64,000 nt of DNA from an uncultured Methylomirabilota bacterium. Lineage in GTDB: Bacteria; Methylomirabilota; Methylomirabilia; Methylomirabilales; 2-02-FULL-66-22. The stretch lies in contig CAWJSJ010000002.1 of the NCBI GenBank assembly GCA_963845565.1, positions 2,400,001 through 2,464,000 on the forward strand, given 5' to 3'. The position numbers and the translations under genes were made by a program. This document shows, piece after piece, positions 56,988 through 64,000 of the stretch. Each line of letters begins with the position of its first letter. The first letter of the stretch is position 1. The notes below the pieces were generated by a model. The model saw only the letters and a list, made by a program, of their open reading frames with translations. It was not told the DNA's origin and did no database searches.

Positions 56988-59230
56988 GAGGGATCATCCC
57001 GCTCGCCGACGTGACGACTGCGGTCGAGCCATCCGTGGGTGGCAAGGCGGCCCGGCTGGCCCAGCTGATCCGGGCGGGCTTCCGGGTCCCACCGGGGTTC
57101 TGCATTCCAGTGGCGGGCTACGACCGGTTCGTCAAGGCGGCGGACCTGGCCACCGTGGTCCGGCTGGCGTTGGGGCGCAAGCCGCTAGAGGCGATGCGCT
57201 GGGAAGAGCTCTGGGACACCGCCCTTCGCATCCGGTCGGCCTTTCTGGCGGCGCCCATCCCAACCCCGCTGGCCGCCGCCATCACCGGGGCCGTGGAGGC
57301 GCTGGGGGCCGGCGTGTCGCTGGCCGTTCGGTCGTCGGCGCCAGGCGAGGACTCGGCAACAGGAGCCTTTGCGGGGATTCACGAATCGGTGGTCGGTCTG
57401 ATCGGGGGGCCGGCGGTGCTGGAGGCGGTGAAGGTGGTGTGGGCCTCGCTCTGGTCGGATGCGGCCCTGCTGTACCGGCGTGAGCTGGGACTGGATCCCT
57501 CGCGAAGCCGGATGGCCGTCTTGGTCCAGGCCATGGTCACCGAGGACCGCTCCGGCGTCGCCTTCGGCCGCGACCCTCGTGAGGTCGAGTCCCGGCACGC
57601 CATCGTTGAGGCGGTCGCCGGCCCCTGTGGGGATCTGGTAGACGGGCGGGTGGATCCCGACCGGTGGATTCTGGATCGGTCGTCTGGCACAGTCGTCGAG
57701 TGGCGGCTCGGGGCCAGGGTGTCCGGCGCCACAGGAGAGCCGCTCTTGGCCGCCCCGGATTTGTCGGCACTGCATCGGGCCCTGACAAGCGTCGAGGCGC
57801 TCTTCGGTTGGCCGCCGGACGTGGAGTGGACCGGCCGGGCGCCTCGGCTGACGCTCCTGCAATCACGACCCATCACGACGGCGGGTCCCGCCGAACCAGG
57901 CGACAAGCGGGCGTGGTATCTCACGCTGCGACCGGGCCCTCGACGTCTGCGCGATCTGAAGAAGCGGGTCGCGGATGAATTGATCCCGGCGCTGGAGGCG
58001 GAAGGGGAGCGCTTTGCGGCGGAGGATCTCACGCGGCTCGACGACGCGGCGCTGGCGACGGCCGTCGAGACGCGCCTTGCCGCGCTGGAACGCTGGAGGC
58101 AGGTGTACGAGGAGGCCTTCATTCCATTCGCCCACGGGGTGCGACGCCTCGGCCAGTACTACAACGATGCCGTCCGACCGCGCGACCCGTACGAGTTCGT
58201 CGGTCTCCTGCGGGGACAGCGCATGCTGGCCTCTCAGCGGAACCAGGCGCTGGCGGATCTGGCGGGGATGGTTCGCGGGCATCCGGAACTTCGGGGAGCG
58301 TTGGCAGGGGCGGAAGGGCCGGACGCGCGACTTCAGGCGGCCCAGGCGGTCAGCGGTGGGGAAGCGTTCGTCCGGGCCTTCGAGGATTGCATGGCCCGGT
58401 TCATGGACATCAGCTACCAGGGCGAGCGACTGGGCGACCGATCCGACGCCGCCCTGGCCGGGGTGCTGGAGCTGGCCGCGGGGGACGGGCCGCGGGCTTC
58501 GACCGGCCCGGACGCCGCCTCCCCGGATGAGGCCGCGACGCTTGAGCGTCGGCTCCTGGAGGCAGTGGCGGAAACGCATCGGGAGGAGGCGCAGGAGGCG
58601 ATCGAGATCGGGCGGTTGAGCTGGCGGCTGCGGGACGACGACAACATCCTCCTGGGGCGAATCGAGAGCCAGCTGCTGCGCGCGGTGCGCGTGGGCGCCG
58701 ATCGCCTGCGGGCGGCGGGCCGGCTGACGGGGGACGTGGTCGGAGAGGAGACGGCGGGCGAGATCGTCAAGGCGCTGCGCGATCCGGGGCGGCGGGTGGT
58801 CGCGCTTTCGCCCCCTGCGGCGGCGGCGATCCCCTCGCCGATGGCTGCCGGAGAGACGCCGCGCCAGCTGGTCGGCCAGCCTGCCGCGCCGGGCCTGGCC
58901 ACCGGACGCGTCCGCCGAGTGCGAGGTGCCGCCGATCTGGCGCGCTTTCACGCGCGGGAAGTGCTGGTCTGCGATGCCATCCAGCCGACGATGACGCATC
59001 TGGTGCCCCTGGCGGCTGCGGTGGTGGAGCGGCGGGGCGGCATGCTGATCCATGGTGCCATCATCGCGCGTGAGCTGGGCATTCCGTGCGTCAACGGCAT
59101 CGCCGATGCGGCAGAGATCCTGGCGGACGGGGATCTGGTGACCGTGGATGGTCACCTGGGGATCGTCACGGTCGGGGAGCCGGAGTTTGACCTGGAGCGT
59201 CATGCGGCTGGGCCTCGGCCCGCGGGCTGA
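56984..59230 (+). CDS. PEP-utilising/phosphohistidine-swivel enzyme (PPDK_N + central domain + mobile His domain)
   Basis: VGGKA, AVRSSAPGED, FAG, DVEW, LQSRPIT; C-terminal GGMLIHGAIIARELGIPCV. Confidence 0.85.
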   Translation: MRGIIPLADVTTAVEPSVGGKAARLAQLIRAGFRVPPGFCIPVAGYDRFVKAADLATVVRLALGRKPLEAMRWEELWDTALRIRSAFLAAPIPTPLAAAITGAVEALGAGVSLAVRSSAPGEDSATGAFAGIHESVVGLIGGPAVLEAVKVVWASLWSDAALLYRRELGLDPSRSRMAVLVQAMVTEDRSGVAFGRDPREVESRHAIVEAVAGPCGDLVDGRVDPDRWILDRSSGTVVEWRLGARVSGATGEPLLAAPDLSALHRALTSVEALFGWPPDVEWTGRAPRLTLLQSRPITTAGPAEPGDKRAWYLTLRPGPRRLRDLKKRVADELIPALEAEGERFAAEDLTRLDDAALATAVETRLAALERWRQVYEEAFIPFAHGVRRLGQYYNDAVRPRDPYEFVGLLRGQRMLASQRNQALADLAGMVRGHPELRGALAGAEGPDARLQAAQAVSGGEAFVRAFEDCMARFMDISYQGERLGDRSDAALAGVLELAAGDGPRASTGPDAASPDEAATLERRLLEAVAETHREEAQEAIEIGRLSWRLRDDDNILLGRIESQLLRAVRVGADRLRAAGRLTGDVVGEETAGEIVKALRDPGRRVVALSPPAAAAIPSPMAAGETPRQLVGQPAAPGLATGRVRRVRGAADLARFHAREVLVCDAIQPTMTHLVPLAAAVVERRGGMLIHGAIIARELGIPCVNGIADAAEILADGDLVTVDGHLGIVTVGEPEFDLERHAAGPRPAG

Positions 59231-59256
59231 TGGAGCAGCCCATCGAGGGGTGACCA

Positions 59257-59420
59257 GGAGAGCGGGGGCGCATGTCGTCGTCGCGGACATCCAGGGCGGT
59301 CAGGTCGAAGAGACCGCGCTGCGCGTGGCCGCCGAGACCGGTCGGCGGACGCTGGCGGCGCCGATACGCCTGGGGGGCGGCGGCGCTGGACGCGCTCGGC
59401 GTGTCTGCCGAGGAGGCCCC
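59257..59420 (+). pseudogene. Remnant of an SDR (sugar-alcohol dehydrogenase-like) gene
   Basis: AGAHVVVADIQGGQVEETALRVAAETGRRTLA matches SDR betaB-alphaC; no GxxxGxG, no YxxxK and no start codon. Confidence 0.5.
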
Positions 59421-59563
59421 GGGCCGGCTGCTCCGCTCCCGGAGCACTCCCGCGCGTTGCTCGCCCATATCGGGACCGCCTGTGATAGGATGCACGCCTG
59501 GAAAGCGCGAGGCTGTCCGGTACTCGACGTCGAATGAGGCGGCCTGCCCGAGCGGAGGATTCC

Positions 59564-60595
59564 ATGCGAGTGGCCAGAGTCATGGCGCCGAAGGTGATGC
59601 GGCTGGATGACGCGCCGATCCCATCGCCGAAGCCCGGCGAGGCGCTGGTGCGGATCACGGCGATCGGCATCTGCGGCTCCGACCTGCAGTACTACACGCA
59701 GGGCCGGATCGGCGAATTGGAGTTCGGCGCCGGCCACATCATGGGGCACGAGATCGCCGGGGTCGTGGAGGCGCTTGCCCCGGGGACGGATGGCCCGCCG
59801 CCCGGGACGCCGGTGGTCGTGGACCCCGCGATCGCCTGCGGCCGCTGCCGGTTCTGCCTGGCCGGCGATCCGAACTTCTGCGAGACGCTCCGGTTCGTGA
59901 GCAGCCCCCCGTATCCCGGTGCGTTGCAGGAGTATCTCGCGCACCCGGCCTCCTTCCTGCTTCCCGTCCCGCCCGACTGGTCCCCGGCGACGACGGCGAT
60001 GCTGGAGCCGCTGGGTGTGGCGCTCCACGCCGTCGATCTCGGGCATCTCTCGGTGGGGGACGCGGTGGCGGTCTTCGGCTGCGGCCCCATCGGGCTCATG
60101 GTCGCGCGCGTAGCGCAGCTCTCCGGTGCGCGCCTCGTCTGTGCATCGGAGCCCTTGCCGCACCGGCGCGCGGTCGCATTGCGATTCGGCGCGGCGGCGG
60201 TCTTCGACCCAGCGGATGTGGACGTCGTGCGGGAGATCAAGGACCGCACCGACGGATACGGCGTGGACGTGGCCTTCGAGGCGGCCGGGAGCGAGGCGGC
60301 CACGATCCAGGCCATCCAGGCCCTGCGCCCCGGGGGCACGCTGGTCCTCCTGGGCTACTGGACGCAGGACCGGGTGGCCATCCCGGGCATCAGCGCCATG
60401 CGCAAAGGGCTCACCGTCCGTTTCGTCCGACGCATGAAGAACACGTTCGACCGGGCCATCGATCTCGTGCGGCGCGGCCAGGTGGACGTCCAGAGCCTGG
60501 TGTCGCACGAGTTTCCGTTGGAGCAGACGGCCGAGGCGTTCGTGCGCGCCGAGCGGCGCGCACCCGACGTGATCAAGGCGGTGATTCGCCTGTGA
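59564..60595 (+). CDS. Zn-dependent polyol dehydrogenase (sorbitol dehydrogenase-like)
   Basis: GICGSD, GHE, CGRCRFC...C, EPL, GCGPIG. Confidence 0.9.
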   Translation: MRVARVMAPKVMRLDDAPIPSPKPGEALVRITAIGICGSDLQYYTQGRIGELEFGAGHIMGHEIAGVVEALAPGTDGPPPGTPVVVDPAIACGRCRFCLAGDPNFCETLRFVSSPPYPGALQEYLAHPASFLLPVPPDWSPATTAMLEPLGVALHAVDLGHLSVGDAVAVFGCGPIGLMVARVAQLSGARLVCASEPLPHRRAVALRFGAAAVFDPADVDVVREIKDRTDGYGVDVAFEAAGSEAATIQAIQALRPGGTLVLLGYWTQDRVAIPGISAMRKGLTVRFVRRMKNTFDRAIDLVRRGQVDVQSLVSHEFPLEQTAEAFVRAERRAPDVIKAVIRL

Positions 60596-61320
60596 CTCAA
60601 CGCATGAAGAGGGGATGCGACATGACCGGTCCCGGGACGAGTCTGGTGCGACGGGGCGAGGTGCAAATCAAGACGGCGAGCCTGGAGCGCGTGGAGGCGG
60701 TCCGGGAGACGCTGGAGTCGCGGGCCTGGGTGACGGTCGCGATGGGCCCGCCGGACCGCGCCGCGATCGCGACGACCCGCCTCGCGTTTCTCAACCACAT
60801 GCTGGACCACATCGCCTATCGTGGGCGCTTCAATCTCTGGGGGAGCATTGAGGAGATCCTCGTGGAGGGGGCGCCGTCCGGAGCGCCCTCCCGCCTGCTC
60901 GATCACGTGATCTGTGAGGACCTGGGGGCCACGCTGGGCGGGGCGCTGGGACGGCTCTTCGTGGAGCAGAGCGCGACGGTCGGCGTCAACGGCTGCGGGG
61001 TCGGGGTCGCCACCATTGACGAGGCGGTGACGCGGGTCGTGCTGAGCGTCGAGGGGCGGCCGGGGTTCTTCTTCGCGAACGCGACCGGAAGCATGCCGGA
61101 GCGGGTCGAGGACATGTTCTGCTGCGACCTCCTGAACTTCCTGGAGGGTCTGTCGCGCGGAATGGAGTGCACGCTGCACGTGGACCTCCTCAAGGGGCGG
61201 GATCCGCACCACATGTGGGAGAGCGCGTTCCGGGCGGTGGGAGAGGCGCTGCGCGAGGTCTTCGGCCCCTGCGAGCGCCGGAAGGGGCTCGTCCCGGGCC
61301 TCAAGGGAACCAAGCGGTAA
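60592..61320 (+). CDS. Divergent imidazoleglycerol-phosphate dehydratase (HisB)-fold protein
   Basis: FLNHML, DHVICEDLG, IDEA, GRP, DPHHMWE, PGLKG; alternative start 60622. Confidence 0.75.
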   Translation: MTQRMKRGCDMTGPGTSLVRRGEVQIKTASLERVEAVRETLESRAWVTVAMGPPDRAAIATTRLAFLNHMLDHIAYRGRFNLWGSIEEILVEGAPSGAPSRLLDHVICEDLGATLGGALGRLFVEQSATVGVNGCGVGVATIDEAVTRVVLSVEGRPGFFFANATGSMPERVEDMFCCDLLNFLEGLSRGMECTLHVDLLKGRDPHHMWESAFRAVGEALREVFGPCERRKGLVPGLKGTKR

Positions 61321-61462
61321 ACGTGGTGAGGGGCGTTCAGTCCGAACGTTTCCGCCGGGCGTCGGTGGTCCGGAGGACACGCCGGGTAGGTCGTGGCGAG
61401 AGCGCTGCGAGGTGTGCGTTGAACCGTGACGGCAAGACGACAATTAACGAAAGGGGGCGCCC

Positions 61463-62158
61463 GTGTTGACGGTTCCTGAGCTGGCCCAGATGATCGATCA
61501 CTCCGTCCTGCTGCCTCAGCAGACCGAAAAGGATCTTGAGGAGGGTGTCGCGCTGGCCTGCACGTACAATGTGAAGTGCATGGTCCCGAAGATCTTCCAG
61601 ATTCCCCAGGCCAAGAAGCTCCTGGCGGGATCTGCAGTGCGGCTCTGCGCGCCCATCGCCTTCCCGCAGGGACTGAACCCCCCGGAGGCCAAGCGATACG
61701 AGGCGGAGTGGGCCCTCCAGCAGGGGGCGGTCGAGCTGGACATGGTGATCAACATCAGCGCCCTCAAGTCCCGCCTGTACGATTTCGTGGAGCGGGACAT
61801 CGCCGGTGTGGTCGAGGCGGCCAGCCGGTACGGGGCCCCCGTCAAGGTCATCCTGGAGACCTGTCTCTTGACCGACGAGGAGAAGGTGGTGGGGTGCAAG
61901 ATCGCCGAGCGGGCGGGCGCCGGGTTCGTCAAGACCTCGACAGCGACTCAGCCGGGCGGGGCGACGGTGGAGGACATCCGGTTGATGCGGGCGACGGTGG
62001 GCCCGAAGGTGGTCGTCAAGGCATCCGCCTATGTCACCGATATCGAGAAGACGCTGGCGCTGTACGAGGCCGGGTCCCGACGCTTCGGCACGGGCTACAC
62101 GAAGGCGATCCTGGAGGGGCTCAAGAAGAAGCGGGCCGAGGCGGGTTTACCGGTATAG
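61463..62158 (+). CDS. deoC: Deoxyribose-phosphate aldolase-family protein
   Basis: IDHS, FPQG, ELDMVIN, VKVILET, FVKTST (Schiff-base Lys), VKAS. Confidence 0.8.
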   Translation: MLTVPELAQMIDHSVLLPQQTEKDLEEGVALACTYNVKCMVPKIFQIPQAKKLLAGSAVRLCAPIAFPQGLNPPEAKRYEAEWALQQGAVELDMVINISALKSRLYDFVERDIAGVVEAASRYGAPVKVILETCLLTDEEKVVGCKIAERAGAGFVKTSTATQPGGATVEDIRLMRATVGPKVVVKASAYVTDIEKTLALYEAGSRRFGTGYTKAILEGLKKKRAEAGLPV

Positions 62159-62305
62159 CAGACCATCGGGTACCCATCCGAGGGGTGGGTGAGGGCCATC
62201 CGCGGAGACCCATCCTCGTCACAAAGGCCGCGATCCGCCTGGCCCTCCGGCCCACCCCGGTCCGCAGCCCGCCCGCCGAGGCGTCATCGCGGGGGAGACC
62301 ATTCC

Positions 62306-63328
62306 GTGAGGCCGCGCGTCCTGCTGAGCATCAACGTCACCACCGAACAGGTGGCGCGCCTGGAGCACGCCGCCCCGGGCGTCGACATTGTGAGCGCGCC
62401 CGGCGGCATCGCCCTTCATCCCCCGACCGACCTCGACCGCATGGAGCCCACCTGCCCGGCGTACCACCCCGATCTGGACCTGGCGCCGCTGCTGGCCTCC
62501 ATCGACGGCATCGTCGCCTATGATCTGCCAACCGATCTTCCGGTCCGCGCGCCCCGACTGCGTTGGGTGCAGGTCCTTCACGCCGGCGTTGACGGCGTCT
62601 GGCAGCCCTACCTGGCCGACCCCGCGCTCGCCGTCACCACCGTCAGCGGCACACACCCGATCCCCATGACGGAGTTCGTGCTCAGTCTCCTGCTCTACTT
62701 CAGCAAACGGCTCGACCGGTTTCGCGCCCAGCAGGAGCGGCGCGAGTGGCGCAAGGCGGTCGTCGACGAACTCCACGGCGCGACGGTCGCCATCGTCGGC
62801 TACGGCACGATCGGCGCGGCGCTCGCCCAGACGCTGCACCCGCTCGGCATGCGCGTCATCGGGGTCCGCCGCACGCCGGACGGCGACGCACCGCTGCCAC
62901 CGTGGCTGGTCGCGCTTCACGGCCCGGAGTCGCTGGCGTCGGCGTTGGCAGACGCGCGCTTTGTGGTCAGTATCCTGCCGCGCACGCCGGAGACGGAGGG
63001 CTTCTGGACCGACGCGACCTTCAACCACTTGCCGCGTGGGGCGGTCTTCATCAACGTTGGCCGCGGCCGAACGGTCGACGAGCCGGCACTGATTCGCGCC
63101 CTCGACGACGGCCGGCTGCGGGCCGCCGGGCTGGATGTCTTCTCGGTCGAGCCCCTGCCCGCCGACAGCCCGTTGTGGGGGCGCCCGGATGTCCTCGTGG
63201 TTCCGCACACCGGCAGCGAGACCATCCACTACACGGACCGGGCGCTGGCCATCGTGGCCGACAACCTGGCCCGCTTTGCCGCCGGGCAGCCCCTCCGCAA
63301 CGAGATCGACAAGCACCTGCGCTACTAG
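62306..63328 (+). CDS. D-2-hydroxyacid dehydrogenase
   Basis: AGVD, GYGTIG, INVGRG, LDVF..EPL, PH. Confidence 0.9.
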   Translation: MRPRVLLSINVTTEQVARLEHAAPGVDIVSAPGGIALHPPTDLDRMEPTCPAYHPDLDLAPLLASIDGIVAYDLPTDLPVRAPRLRWVQVLHAGVDGVWQPYLADPALAVTTVSGTHPIPMTEFVLSLLLYFSKRLDRFRAQQERREWRKAVVDELHGATVAIVGYGTIGAALAQTLHPLGMRVIGVRRTPDGDAPLPPWLVALHGPESLASALADARFVVSILPRTPETEGFWTDATFNHLPRGAVFINVGRGRTVDEPALIRALDDGRLRAAGLDVFSVEPLPADSPLWGRPDVLVVPHTGSETIHYTDRALAIVADNLARFAAGQPLRNEIDKHLRY

Positions 63329-63506
63329 CTGCGCCGGGGCCGCGGTCTCAGACGCGTTCGCCCCAGTACGTTTTCACCGTCCGGAAGATGCGCCGTGGCC
63401 ACTTGCACGGATCGCCGCCATCCGGGGAAATTGAGCCGGTGCGCGGTCTGCCATCCGGATCCGCGTGAGCGGTCTGGCCGACATTGGGCGCTCCACAGCC
63501 CATCCA

Positions 63507-63557
63507 AAACACCACCGCCCCCACCGGAAGAGAATCCCGGAGGGGGCGGTGGTGTTT
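63507..63557. terminator. Long hairpin between convergent genes
   Basis: AAACACCACCGCCCCC ... GGGGGCGGTGGTGTTT. Confidence 0.65.
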
Positions 63558-63572
63558 ATGCGGAAGGGGTCG

Positions 63573-63677
63573 TTAGGAGCCGTTACGAAATAATCTATAC
63601 ATCTCTTTCTATTTCGTTACGGCTCCTTATGCCGTTTCGGAATGTCTCCGCTCAATTTATTCTTTGACAACGGCTTA
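63573..63677 (-). mobile_element. Bipartite ~105-bp MITE-like repeat, copy 5 (begins at the SOD stop codon)
   Basis: Near-identical to 44914-45018; its terminal TAA is the sod stop codon. Confidence 0.85.
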
Positions 63678-64000
63678 CTTCGCCTTCGCGAGATTCCCCG
63701 CCACGAAGTCCCAGTTCACCAGGTGGTCCAGGAACGCCTGCACGAAGTCCGGACGGCGGTTCTGGTAATCGAGGTAGTAGGCGTGCTCCCAGACATCCAC
63801 GGTGAGCAACGCGGTCTGCTTGCCCGCCATCGGCGTGTCCGCGTTGGCCGTGCTGACGATCTTGAGGGTGCCGCCTTCCGTCACCAGCCAGCCCCACCCG
63901 CTGCCGAACCGGCCGACGGCGGCCGCCTTGAACTGCTCGACGAACTTGTCATAGCTTCCGAAGGTTCCGTCAATCCGGCGGGCCAATTCCCCCTGCGGCC
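63675..64000 (-). CDS. Fe/Mn superoxide dismutase, C-terminal part (truncated by window edge)
   Basis: [30 protein letters not shown] motif suggests the Fe type. Confidence 0.93.
   Translation of the reverse strand, partial: PQGELARRIDGTFGSYDKFVEQFKAAAVGRFGSGWGWLVTEGGTLKIVSTANADTPMAGKQTALLTVDVWEHAYYLDYQNRRPDFVQAFLDHLVNWDFVAGNLAKAK

Overview
GC-rich bacterial chromosome window, most likely phylum NC10/Methylomirabilota: the 16S gene carries GACCAAAGGGGGCGAGCG at 13883-13900, which I recall as the NC10-targeted 202F primer site. The first ~33 kb is core genome: rplT-pheST, zapB-zapA-6S RNA-rny-ymdB-folD, PBP1A, tyrS, one rRNA operon, amidase-GerMN-rph-rdgB, a 7-tRNA cluster, and tig-clpP-clpX-bamD-rsmA-pncB. 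It is followed by a Dif-like chemosensory cluster coupled to larE, then an accessory region with two sugar-catabolism clusters, perR/fur-katG, a nucleotidyltransferase pair, an acyl-CoA synthetase, a PEP-utilising enzyme and a partial SOD. Most unusual features: (1) an intact ComEA-like helix-hairpin-helix gene between the 23S and 5S rRNA genes, whose first start codon lies inside the pre-23S processing stalk; (2) a ~105-bp two-hairpin repeat (5 full copies, 1 deleted copy, 1 half site) that repeatedly overlaps or supplies stop codons; (3) heptamer-repeat hairpins after nearly every tRNA gene; (4) a divergent HisB-like dehydratase/DeoC-like aldolase cluster suggesting an undescribed catabolic pathway. 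Several conserved genes (mrcA, rdgB, katG) carry frameshifts that are probably assembly indels. All calls come from reading the sequence and motifs; no database searches were run.
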